From Gemmatimonadales bacterium (lineage in GTDB: Bacteria > Gemmatimonadota > Gemmatimonadetes > Gemmatimonadales > GWC2-71-9), in the NCBI GenBank assembly GCA_035262265.1, contig DATFTG010000133.1, forward strand, positions 1-44,586: a stretch of 44,586 nucleotides of DNA, written 5' to 3'. The translations under genes were made by a program, and so were the position numbers. Under the pieces are notes generated by a model. It saw only the letters and a list, made by a program, of their open reading frames with translations. It searched no databases and was not told the origin of the DNA. Of this stretch, positions 1 to 8,283 are shown one piece after another. Numbering within the stretch: the first letter of the stretch is position 1; each line of letters begins with the position of its first letter.

Positions 1-95
1 CGCACATCGAGGGCCGGCCGCTGATCATCTATATGAGCGTGGCCAGCGACCCCTTCCGCATCCGCTGGAATCGCCTGCTGCATCACCCATCCTGA
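1..95 (+). CDS. 3' end of an unidentified CDS entering from the left edge (...HIEGRPLIIYMSVASDPFRIRWNRLLHHPS*)
   Basis: Open frame from base 3 to TGA at 93-95 with GC3-rich codons. Too short to assign a function. Confidence 0.3.
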   Translation, partial: HIEGRPLIIYMSVASDPFRIRWNRLLHHPS

Positions 96-114
96 CCCGC
101 CGCTCGGGCGGGTC
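94..114. terminator. 8-bp GC hairpin (GACCCGCC-gctcg-GGCGGGTC) between convergent genes
   Basis: Perfect inverted repeat read directly. It overlaps both stop codons. No clear T-tract follows. Confidence 0.35.
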
Positions 115-523
115 AGGCTTTGCGCTTGCCGGGCTTCACCACTTCGCTGATCTGCAGCTCGTCCTTGCGGACCACGACCGACACATCCTCGCCGTCTTCG
201 GCCCCGGTCGGGGTGAACTTGAAGTGGACCTCGTCTTCCTCGTCTTCACGCGCGGCGTTGGGGAGCTGCTGCTGGTAGAACACCACGACCTGCTGTCGAT
301 CATCGAAGCTGAAGAACCAGGACTTGCTCTCGAAGGTCACCGGGCCGCCGATATCGTCGTAAAAGTTGCCGCCGCCCACGTCGCGGAGCCTGGCCTTGGG
401 GTAAACCGGAATCTGGGCGGCGTACACCGCCCCATCGAGCTTCGGCGCGCCACCACAGGCAGGGAGCGCCAGCGGGCTCAGCAGGGCGATCAGGACGGCG
501 CCGCGATTCGGGAACAGCTGCAC
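113..523 (-). CDS. small acidic lipoprotein, function unknown
   Basis: Signal peptide plus lipobox (LALPAC|GG). Protein-like composition. Divergent from the ECF sigma gene. Confidence 0.6.
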   Translation of the reverse strand: MQLFPNRGAVLIALLSPLALPACGGAPKLDGAVYAAQIPVYPKARLRDVGGGNFYDDIGGPVTFESKSWFFSFDDRQQVVVFYQQQLPNAAREDEEDEVHFKFTPTGAEDGEDVSVVVRKDELQISEVVKPGKRKA

Positions 524-699
524 ACAACCTCCCGGTTGAGGTCTGGCAACGCCACCAGTCTACTACGTCGTCGACATCCGCGCCCGCTGGAGCGGCGTAC
601 ATCTGGTAGAGCGGCCGTCCGCGTTCCGTTGCTGAGCCCCGGCGTTGCGGGCATCTTCGGACGCATGTGGTGCTTGCGACACTCACGCCGCGGAGCGTG

Positions 700-1299
700 A
701 TGGCGACGCTGCCGAATGTCCCGGTTCCCGACTCACAACTCGTGAGTCGCATGGCCGCGGGGGAGGATGCTGCCCTGGGCGAGCTGTACGATCGCTACGG
801 GAAGATGGTGTACGCGCTGGCGCTGGCGATCGTGCGCGAGCCCGCGGACGCCGAGGAGGTCGTGGTCGACGCGTTCGGGCAGGCGTGGCGACAGGCGGCG
901 TCCTTCGATGCGACCCGGGGGAGCGTCGGCGCCTGGCTCGCCACCATCGCCCGCAGCCGAGCCCTCGACACCGTGCGCGCCCGCGGCCGGCGGGTCCGCG
1001 CGCACGAGCGGGCCGCGCTCCTCTCCGACGAGGGTCTCGCCGCGCCGATCACGACGGCCGGCAGCGATCCGTCGCGGGGCGTGGAACGCACCGAAGCCCG
1101 GCGGCTCGTGTCCCAGGCCCTGGCGGCCTTGCCCGGCCCGCAGCGGACGGCGATCGAGCTGGCTTACTTCGAGGGCCTGTCGCAGAGCGAAATCGCCGAG
1201 CGCCTCGCCGAGCCCTTGGGCACGGTCAAGACGCGCATCCGCACCGGCATGGAAAAACTGCGTGGCCTCCTGGGCCCGCTGCTGGAGGGTGCGGCATGA
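700..1299 (+). CDS. ECF-type RNA polymerase sigma-70 family factor
   Basis: Region 2 (GELYDRYGKMVYALALAIV...AEEVVVDAF) and region 4 HTH (LSQSEIAERLAEPLGTVKTRIRTGMEKLR). ATG at 700 is preceded by GGAG; an alternative GTG lies at 667. Confidence 0.9.
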   Translation: MATLPNVPVPDSQLVSRMAAGEDAALGELYDRYGKMVYALALAIVREPADAEEVVVDAFGQAWRQAASFDATRGSVGAWLATIARSRALDTVRARGRRVRAHERAALLSDEGLAAPITTAGSDPSRGVERTEARRLVSQALAALPGPQRTAIELAYFEGLSQSEIAERLAEPLGTVKTRIRTGMEKLRGLLGPLLEGAA

Positions 1300-2066
1300 C
1301 GTCCCACGAGTGGCAGGAGCAGGCGGCGCCCTACGCGCTGGGCATCCTCGCACCCGAGGAGCGCCGCGCCTTCGAGGTCCACCTCGCCGGTTGCGACGAG
1401 TGCCGGGCCGATGTACGGGCCTACACGGAGGTCGCGGCGGCGCTGGCGCACGCCGCGCCGACCGCCGAGCCGCCAGGCGCCCTGCGCGATCGGGTGCTGG
1501 CGGAGGCGCGGCGCGTCCGTCCGATCGGGGCCGGGGCACGGGAGCCTCGCCGGGCGCGGCTCCCCTGGCTCGCCGCTGCCGCCGCGCTGTTGCTCGCCGC
1601 AGGTGGCGCGATGGCGACGTGGCGGCTGACGACCCGCGTCCACGACCTCGAGCGGAGCCTCGCCGTGCGAGACTCGGTGCACGCGGCGGACTCGGCCGCG
1701 CTCGTGCTCCTCACCGGACCGGACGTCAACGTCGTCTCACTCGCCGGGACCAACCGGGCGCCCTCGGCGCGAGTCATCTGGAACCATGCACTGAACCGCT
1801 TTGTCGTCTTCGCGTTCGATCTGCCGGCGGCGCCGGCGGGCCGGACATACCAGTTGTGGGCCATCGCCAAGGGCCGTGCCCCGCTGTCGATGGGCACCTT
1901 CAACACCGACGGTCAGGGTCGTGCCCGGGTGGTGCTCACCGTCGACCGGCAGATCGCGGCACTGGGCTTCGTGGAGAACTGTGGTCTCACCGAGGAGCCG
2001 AGCGGCGGATCACCCCAGCCGACCGAGACGCCGCGGCTCCTGGGCGCGTGGCGGCCCACCGACTAG
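1296..2066 (+). CDS. anti-sigma factor: zf-HC2 N-terminus, one TM segment, RskA-like extracytoplasmic domain
   Basis: ATGA start/stop overlap with the sigma gene. H-x3-C-x2-C motif (VHLAGCDEC). TM segment LPWLAAAAALLLAAGG. C-terminal YQLWAI motif typical of the RskA domain. Confidence 0.85.
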   Translation: MTSHEWQEQAAPYALGILAPEERRAFEVHLAGCDECRADVRAYTEVAAALAHAAPTAEPPGALRDRVLAEARRVRPIGAGAREPRRARLPWLAAAAALLLAAGGAMATWRLTTRVHDLERSLAVRDSVHAADSAALVLLTGPDVNVVSLAGTNRAPSARVIWNHALNRFVVFAFDLPAAPAGRTYQLWAIAKGRAPLSMGTFNTDGQGRARVVLTVDRQIAALGFVENCGLTEEPSGGSPQPTETPRLLGAWRPTD

Positions 2067-2094
2067 ACGACCCTCCTCCAATCCGGTGAGCCGC

Positions 2095-2141
2095 GACGGG
2101 CGTAGAGACGATGTTCGTGCTCTACGCCCGTCGTCCTTTTT
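2095..2141 (+). terminator. intrinsic terminator hairpin (13-bp perfect stem plus T-tract)
   Basis: GACGGGCGTAGAG-12 nt-CTCTACGCCCGTC followed by GTCCTTTTT. It ends 5 nt before the AAGGAG SD of the next gene. Confidence 0.6.
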
Positions 2142-2157
2142 GTCGAAGGAGACTTTC

Positions 2158-2859
2158 ATGAAGCGGCTCGTGATTGCGGCCATCGTTCTCGCCTGCGCCG
2201 CCGGTGGCGTGGGGATCGCCCTCGCGTCGGACCATCAGGACACCCCCGACGTCGAGCTGAATCCTTCCATGGACATGACCGACCTGTACGTGTTCCCGAG
2301 CCCGACGCCGGGACGCGTCGTACTGGTCATGAACAGCTGGGGGGTGCTCACGCCGGCTGAAACGCCGACGACCTATTTCGATCCCAACATCCTGTACCAG
2401 TTCAAGATCGACACCAATCACGACGGCGTTGAAGACAAGGTCATCCAGGTGACGTTCACCGGCGCCGGGCACGACCAGACGGTCGAGGTGCGCGGGCCTG
2501 TCGCGCCGCCGGTCGTGGGTGCCATGGGGAACACGATCGCCCGGACGACGCCCCGGATCACCGGAGCCACCCGCACCACGCTCGGCTCCACCTCCGGTGT
2601 CCAGGTGTACGCCGGCCCGCGTGACGATCCGTTCTTCATCGACCTGGAGCAGTTCTTCCGCATCATCCCCGACCGCAAGCCGGTCACCGGTGCGCTGTCG
2701 CAGCTGCCCGACACCCCGACGGCGTCGGCGTGGCGCACGCCAGGCATCGATTTCCTCGCTGGCTTCAACGTGCTCTCGATCGTGATCGAGCTGCCGCTGG
2801 CCGACCTGACCGGCGGCGCCGGCCCGAACTTCGGTGTCTGGGCCACGATCAGCCGCTAA
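2158..2859 (+). CDS. secreted DUF4331-family protein, N-terminal half
   Basis: AAGGAG SD and a signal peptide. Motifs SDHQDTP...DMTDLYVFPSP, YQFKIDTNHDG, GPRDDPFFIDL and NVLSIVIELP match the DUF4331 N-terminal pattern. Confidence 0.8.
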   Translation: MKRLVIAAIVLACAAGGVGIALASDHQDTPDVELNPSMDMTDLYVFPSPTPGRVVLVMNSWGVLTPAETPTTYFDPNILYQFKIDTNHDGVEDKVIQVTFTGAGHDQTVEVRGPVAPPVVGAMGNTIARTTPRITGATRTTLGSTSGVQVYAGPRDDPFFIDLEQFFRIIPDRKPVTGALSQLPDTPTASAWRTPGIDFLAGFNVLSIVIELPLADLTGGAGPNFGVWATISR

Positions 2860-2887
2860 CCGAACAACGCTTACAAGGAGTCCTGCG

Positions 2888-3430
2888 ATGACCTGGACGA
2901 CATTCTCCCGGCGGCTCGGCCCTGCCGTGCTCGCGGTCCTGCTGGCGGCGGCCTGCAGCGACGACAACACGACCGCTGCTCCGACCGACCGCGCGTTCAA
3001 TCAGGTGCAGCGCCTCGGCAATCCCCTCGTCTCCGAGGTGTTCCTGGCGAAGCGTGATCACGCGTTCCATGGATCGACCGCACCGACGATCGACGTCGCG
3101 GCCTTCACGCCAAGCATCCGCAGCTTCGCCGACAACGTCGCGGGTCGCGACTCGACGGTGGGGAAGACGCTCGCCGCCGTCCTCCTGCCGGACGAGCTGC
3201 TGGTGCAATCCGACAAGGACACCGCATCGGCGGGATGGCTGACGTGGGCGCTCGCCAACGGTTGGGGTGGGCGCAAACTGACCGACGACGTCGTGACCGC
3301 CGGTCTGCAGGCGATCTTCGGGGCTCTGCTCGATCCGAACAATACGTCGCCCGGACTGTCCGATGACCACGTCGATGCGAACGATGTCCCGTTCAGCCCG
3401 ACGTTCCCGTACCTCGCCGTCGCGCACTGA
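2888..3430 (+). CDS. lipoprotein corresponding to the C-terminal half of DUF4331
   Basis: Own AAGGAG SD, own signal peptide and lipobox (LAAAC|S). RLGNPLVSEV and C-terminal NDVPFSPTFPYL motifs as in the C-terminal part of DUF4331. Confidence 0.7.
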   Translation: MTWTTFSRRLGPAVLAVLLAAACSDDNTTAAPTDRAFNQVQRLGNPLVSEVFLAKRDHAFHGSTAPTIDVAAFTPSIRSFADNVAGRDSTVGKTLAAVLLPDELLVQSDKDTASAGWLTWALANGWGGRKLTDDVVTAGLQAIFGALLDPNNTSPGLSDDHVDANDVPFSPTFPYLAVAH

Positions 3431-3440
3431 GGTCAGACGC

Positions 3441-4709
3441 ATGCGCGCGGTGGTGCGGAAGCCGGCCGTCGTCACCCTGTCCGTGGGTCTGCTGCTCGCG
3501 GCGGGGTGGCTCGGCACCGCGGCGTGGGCCGGTGAGCGGCGGCGCGCGCCGCTGCGCGATGAGGCCCGAATCCGCGATCTCGATATCGGCTTTTTCGAGC
3601 GGCGCCTGGCGCGCGACCCGTCGAGCGCCTACGACCTCGCCCGGCTCGCCGCACTGCACCTGCAGCGTGGTCGCGAGCACGGCAACCCGACCGACGTCGT
3701 CCGCGCCGAGCAGCTGGCCCGGACGTCCCTGGCGAGCCGCGCGACACGCAATGCGAAGGGGTATTCGACCCTCGTTGCGACACTGATGACGGAGCATCGC
3801 TTTATCGAGGCGCGGGCTGCCGCGCAGCGGTTGCTGGCGCTCGACTCGACGAGTGTTCCTTCTCGAGCAACGCTCGCCGAGATCGAGATGGAGCTGGGCG
3901 ATTACGATGCCGCCCGGGTCATGTTCGGCGCCCTGTACACCCAACGGGCCAGTGTGGCGGTGGCGCCGCGGCTGGCGCGCTGGCTCGAGCTCCAGGGACA
4001 GGTCGAGGAAGCCCGGCGTTTGCTCACGGCGGCGCTGGACAGTGCGCGGGCAAATCCGAGAATGCCGCGCGAGCAGCTCGCCTGGTTTCACCTCCGCGTC
4101 GGTGACCTGGAGCTGCGTGAGGGGCAACCGGGGAGCGCTGCGCGCGCCTATCGCGCCGGCCTCGCGGTGTCGCCTCACGACGCGCGGCTCCTCGCCGCCC
4201 TGGCGCGGGTCGCACGGGCGCGGGGGCAGTGGCGGCAGGCGATTCGCTACGGCGAGCAATCGATCGCCATCGCCCCCGACCCCGCGACCCTCGGGCTCAT
4301 CGGCGACGCCTACACCGCCATCGGAGACTCGGCGCAGGCCGGAGAGTACGTCCGCGCGATGGAAGCCGTGACATTCGCGCAGCCCGGCGGCTTCCACCGG
4401 GCGTGGAGCCTCTTCCTGCTGGATCACGGGCTGCGCGTGCCCGACGTGCTCGCCCAGGTGCAGGCGGAGATCCGCACGCGGCCCGACATCTACGGCTGGG
4501 ACCTCCTCGCCTGGGCGCTGCACCGATCGGGACGGGACCGCGACGCGCTGCCCGCGATGGCGCGCGCGCTGTCGCTCGGGACGCGCGACGCGATGCTGTA
4601 CACCCACATGGCCGTGATCGAGCGCGGCCTCGGCCACCGCGTGGCCGCGCAGCAGTACTTCGGCCAGGCGCACGACACCGACCCCTACTGCCCATGTCCG
4701 AGCTCCTAG
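3441..4709 (+). CDS. membrane-anchored tetratricopeptide (TPR) repeat protein
   Basis: N-terminal hydrophobic anchor followed by repeated A/L/Y/G helical TPR-like units. 10-nt gap to the upstream gene. Confidence 0.75.
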   Translation: MRAVVRKPAVVTLSVGLLLAAGWLGTAAWAGERRRAPLRDEARIRDLDIGFFERRLARDPSSAYDLARLAALHLQRGREHGNPTDVVRAEQLARTSLASRATRNAKGYSTLVATLMTEHRFIEARAAAQRLLALDSTSVPSRATLAEIEMELGDYDAARVMFGALYTQRASVAVAPRLARWLELQGQVEEARRLLTAALDSARANPRMPREQLAWFHLRVGDLELREGQPGSAARAYRAGLAVSPHDARLLAALARVARARGQWRQAIRYGEQSIAIAPDPATLGLIGDAYTAIGDSAQAGEYVRAMEAVTFAQPGGFHRAWSLFLLDHGLRVPDVLAQVQAEIRTRPDIYGWDLLAWALHRSGRDRDALPAMARALSLGTRDAMLYTHMAVIERGLGHRVAAQQYFGQAHDTDPYCPCPSS

Positions 4710-5296
4710 CGTTCATCCAGCTGGGATTCCATCACATCGTGAATCCCGAAGCCGCCGATCACATCCTCTTTCTGCTGGCGCTCGCCGCGATCTACCGACC
4801 GCGCGACTGGCGCAACGCATTGTGGGTGGTCACGGCCTTCACCGCCGGCCATTCGATCACCCTCGCCCTGGCGGTGACGAACGCGCTCACTCTGCCGACC
4901 GCCTGGATCGAGTTTCTCATCCCGGTGACGATCGTCGCCACGGGAATCGAGAATTTGGTGGTGCGCGATCGCACCCGTACCCTACGCGGTGGGCGTTACC
5001 GCCCGGTGCTGTCCGGCGTGTTCGGACTGGTGCACGGCGCCGGGTTCGCCAACTACCTGCGCAGTCTGTTCGTGACCCGGGTCGCCATTCCGCTCTTTGG
5101 GTTCAACGTGGGCATAGAATTGGGGCAGATTCTCGTGCTTGCTGTTGCGGCGGTGGCCTTCGTCGCGATCGACCGTGTCCTCGAGCACGTCGGCCGGAGG
5201 GTGGCGGGAGCGGCGCTGCGCTGGCGGGTAGTGGGCATCTCGGCTGCGGTCATCGCAGTCGCGACACGGTGGGCAGCGCAACGGGCCCCGTGGTGA
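4694..5296 (+). CDS. HupE/UreJ-like (HupE_UreJ_2 type) integral membrane protein
   Basis: GFHHI...ADHILFLLAL...TAFTAGHSITLAL motifs and multiple TM helices. 16-nt overlap with the TPR gene. Confidence 0.75.
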   Translation: MSELLAFIQLGFHHIVNPEAADHILFLLALAAIYRPRDWRNALWVVTAFTAGHSITLALAVTNALTLPTAWIEFLIPVTIVATGIENLVVRDRTRTLRGGRYRPVLSGVFGLVHGAGFANYLRSLFVTRVAIPLFGFNVGIELGQILVLAVAAVAFVAIDRVLEHVGRRVAGAALRWRVVGISAAVIAVATRWAAQRAPW

Positions 5297-5754
5297 TCGT
5301 CGCGCAGGTCATGCTCGGAGCGTTGGCAGTTCTTCCGGCGCATCCGTTGCATACGACACTCACGACGGTGACGTGGCACGGCGACCGTGGCGAGCTCGAG
5401 GTTGCCGTGCGCGTCTTCACGCAGGACCTGGCGGACGCAGTTACGAGCGTACCGGGCTCGCCCGCCACCGGCAGCTCCGTATCCGCGGCGTGCCGGTATG
5501 CGGCGGCTGCGGTGTCGGTGCGCGACGCTGCTGGGGCCTCCCTTCCCGTGGCACGCTGCGTCACCGAGCGCGCCGCCGATGTCACTTGGATCCGATTGGC
5601 CGTCCCCGTTCAACGACGGGAGGGACTGCGGCTGCGCAACGCGTTTCTGTTCGAGCGGTTCTCCGATCAGGTCAACATCGTCCAGTCCGACGTCGCTGGG
5701 GACATGCATACCATCCTCTTCACATCCCGTGACGGTCCCAAACCGCTCATGTGA
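5293..5754 (+). CDS. DUF6702-like exported protein
   Basis: GTGA overlap with the permease stop (alternative ATG at 5311). HPLHTTLTTVTW...LEVAVRVFTQDLADAV resembles the HP-x-H...E-x-x-x-R-x-F-x-DDL signature of DUF6702. Confidence 0.55.
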   Translation: MIVAQVMLGALAVLPAHPLHTTLTTVTWHGDRGELEVAVRVFTQDLADAVTSVPGSPATGSSVSAACRYAAAAVSVRDAAGASLPVARCVTERAADVTWIRLAVPVQRREGLRLRNAFLFERFSDQVNIVQSDVAGDMHTILFTSRDGPKPLM

Positions 5755-5758
5755 ACGC

Positions 5759-5787
5759 TTGACGCCCGTACAACCCACACGTAGTAA
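5759..5787 (+). promoter_or_regulatory. sigma-70-like promoter candidate (TTGACG-17 nt-TAGTAA)
   Basis: Hexamers and 17-nt spacing read directly. About 120 nt upstream of the PQQ dehydrogenase start. Confidence 0.35.
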
Positions 5788-5905
5788 GGAAAGATGACCA
5801 CGTCCCGGAACGCAGGGACGGCGTCCTCTGCCCCTCCCTGCCGATTCCGTGCATGGCGTGCCCAGCTGGTGCAGCGCCGCAGTCGGAACTTCCTCGGAGG
5901 TGCAT

Positions 5906-7621
5906 ATGACGGATCCGGCTCGATGGTGTGCCGTCGTGGCGGCAGCCGGTCTCGCGGTCGCCCCGCTGGCCGCACAGGGCTCGGCCAGTGCGCTGTCGCC
6001 CCACACCTCGGTCACGAACGACATGTTGGTTCAGGCGCAGCAGTCGGGCGACTGGCTGATGTACGGCGGGAACTACTGGAACAACCGCTACTCGCCGCTG
6101 ACGACGCTCAACACGACGAACGCGAAAAACCTGGTGCCGCGCATGGTGTTCCAGACCGGGACCGAGAGGCTGGGGAGCCTCGAGACCACGCCGCTGATCG
6201 TGAACGGGGTCATCTACCTCACGAGTCCCGTCGCGCCCAACAACATCGTGAAGGCCTACAGCCTGCGTACCGGCAAGCTGCTGTGGACCTTCGAGCACAA
6301 GACCGACGCCAAGTCGTTCGCGGTCGCCTGCTGCGGGCCGAACAATCGCGGCGTCGCCATCGCCAATGGTCTGGTCTACATCGGCACACTCGACGGCATG
6401 CTCATCGCGCTCGACCAGCAGACCGGCACTGAGAAATGGACGGCGCAGGTCGGCGACCCCGGGGCGGGGTACACCGAGACGATGGCCCCGCTCGTCGTGG
6501 GCGACAAAGTGATTATCGGGACCTCCGGAGGAGAGTACGGCATCCGGGGCTTTCTCAAGGCGTTCAACGGTACGACCGGCGCCCTGGTGTGGACCTGGTA
6601 CACGATTCCCTCACCGCAGGAAGGCGGCTGGTGGGGCGTGTGGGCGAAAGCGACGCCGGATGGCGCCGATCTGCATCGCGACGTCGCCGCCGAGAAGGCC
6701 GACTCGGCGAAGTACGCCGACTCTTGGCAGTACGGCGGCGGGGGCATCTGGATGACGCCGGCGTATGATCCTGAGACCCAGACGCTGTATGCCGCGATCG
6801 GCAACCCATCCCCCGATCTGGACGGCAGCATTCGCCCCGGCGACAATCGCTGGACCGACGGCATCGTCGCGATCGACGCCACCACCGGAAAGTTCAAGTG
6901 GGGCTACCAGACGGTGCCGCACGACGTGTGGGATCTCGACGCCGTGAGCCCGCCCGTCATCGCGATGGTCGGTGGAAAGAAGGTCGTCGTGCACGCCGGC
7001 AAGACGGGGTGGGTCTACGTGCTCGACGCCGCGACCGGCGCGCTGGTGCGCCGCTCCGACGCGTTCGTGCCCCAGGAAAACATGTTCGCGTTGCCCTCCG
7101 CTGCGGGAACCCGGATGCTGCCGGGCGCGAACGGCGGCTCGGAATGGTCGCCGATTGCCGTCAACCCCACTCTCGGCTTCGCCTACGTCGTGGGGCTGCA
7201 CCAGCCGATGAACTACATCACCCACTCCGCCCCTTACTCGTCGCCGAAACTGTGGCTGGGGAGCGCGTTCGTGGCGATTGCCGGTGAAGGGCAGTGGGGC
7301 AACGTCTCCGCCGTGAACCTCGCCACCGGCAAGATCATGTGGCAGATGAAGACGGAGCAGCCGATGATCGGCGGCGCTACCGCGACCGCCGGCGGCCTCG
7401 TGTTCACGGGCGAGGGCAACGGCTGGTTCAAGGCGTACGACGCGAAGAGCGGCGCCGTCCTGTGGCAGTTTCAGTGCGGCGCGGGCGTCAACGCGGCGCC
7501 GGCGGTTTTCTCGATGGACGGTGAAGAGTTCGTCGCCGTGGCCGCAGGCGGCAACTTCCAGCTGCGCTACGCGCTGGGCGACGCAGTCTTCATCTTCGGC
7601 TTGCCGAAGGCGGGGAAGTAG
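5906..7621 (+). CDS. periplasmic PQQ-dependent dehydrogenase, methanol/ethanol family (XoxF/PedH-like)
   Basis: GGAGG SD and a signal peptide. Vicinal Cys-Cys (AVACCGPNNRG; TGC TGC at 6329-6334). Repeated propeller W-motifs. Active-site PHDVWDLDAV (GAT CTC GAC at 6932-6940). Confidence 0.9.
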   Translation: MTDPARWCAVVAAAGLAVAPLAAQGSASALSPHTSVTNDMLVQAQQSGDWLMYGGNYWNNRYSPLTTLNTTNAKNLVPRMVFQTGTERLGSLETTPLIVNGVIYLTSPVAPNNIVKAYSLRTGKLLWTFEHKTDAKSFAVACCGPNNRGVAIANGLVYIGTLDGMLIALDQQTGTEKWTAQVGDPGAGYTETMAPLVVGDKVIIGTSGGEYGIRGFLKAFNGTTGALVWTWYTIPSPQEGGWWGVWAKATPDGADLHRDVAAEKADSAKYADSWQYGGGGIWMTPAYDPETQTLYAAIGNPSPDLDGSIRPGDNRWTDGIVAIDATTGKFKWGYQTVPHDVWDLDAVSPPVIAMVGGKKVVVHAGKTGWVYVLDAATGALVRRSDAFVPQENMFALPSAAGTRMLPGANGGSEWSPIAVNPTLGFAYVVGLHQPMNYITHSAPYSSPKLWLGSAFVAIAGEGQWGNVSAVNLATGKIMWQMKTEQPMIGGATATAGGLVFTGEGNGWFKAYDAKSGAVLWQFQCGAGVNAAPAVFSMDGEEFVAVAAGGNFQLRYALGDAVFIFGLPKAGK

Positions 7622-7627
7622 CGGGGC

Positions 7628-8155
7628 GTGAGGCCGGCCGCAGCACTCGGGGTGCTGGGAGTCCTGGCACGGGCGCTCGCCGCCCAGTCGGACTCCCTGC
7701 CCCGGATCGACACCACCTGGCTGGTGAGCGATGTCCCCACCAGGACCGTCCAGTTCCGGATGGTCGCAGGGCTTTCCGGGTTGAACGGTGCTCTGAATTT
7801 CAACGGGTTCGGTGACGGTGGTCTCACGTTCACTGTGCCCACCGGCTGGCATGTCGTCATCCACTTCATCAATCACGACGGAATACTGTCCCATTCCGCC
7901 GAGGTGATTCCCGATGGGCCGGTGCCGATGACGGGTGCCACGACCCCGGCGTTCCGTCGGGCGGTGACGCTGAGACTGCAGGAAGGGCTCACCGCGACGG
8001 AGCACGACGACATGAAGTTCGTCGCCGATTCGGCGGGGTCCTATCTGGTCATCTGCGGCGTGCCGGGGCACGCGGCGGCCGGAATGTGGATCCGCTTCGA
8101 AGTCGAAACGGGCGCCGAACGACCGTCGCTGACCGCAACGCCTCGGAAACGCTGA
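7628..8155 (+). CDS. sulfocyanin-like type-1 (blue) copper protein (cupredoxin)
   Basis: Signal peptide. FNFNGF-like stretch. Cu ligand set H (ILSHS)...C-x2-P-G-H-x4-M (ICGVPGHAAAGMW). 6-nt gap after the dehydrogenase stop. Confidence 0.75.
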   Translation: MRPAAALGVLGVLARALAAQSDSLPRIDTTWLVSDVPTRTVQFRMVAGLSGLNGALNFNGFGDGGLTFTVPTGWHVVIHFINHDGILSHSAEVIPDGPVPMTGATTPAFRRAVTLRLQEGLTATEHDDMKFVADSAGSYLVICGVPGHAAAGMWIRFEVETGAERPSLTATPRKR

Positions 8156-8283
8156 ACGCGAGGTTGCTGCCTTCCTGGCAGGTGCGCCCTAGCATTTCAT
8201 GAGCAGGAATGGCAGGGGGGTTTCCTTCCAAAGAAAAACGTCCATCCTTGCGGGGTTTCCCACCTTCATCCGGGAGGGATGAC

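Noticed and set aside
645-2089. Long alternative plus-strand frames (645..2066 N-terminal part, 767..2089)
   Set aside because: The Arg/Gly/Pro-rich stretches overlap the clearly recognisable ECF sigma frame. Only the part from ATG 1296 of the first frame (the anti-sigma gene) is credible.
6611-8071. 486-aa minus-strand ORF
   Set aside because: Antisense to the PQQ dehydrogenase and cupredoxin genes. Its Arg/Gly/Pro-dominated composition is typical of GC-rich shadow frames. No motifs were found.
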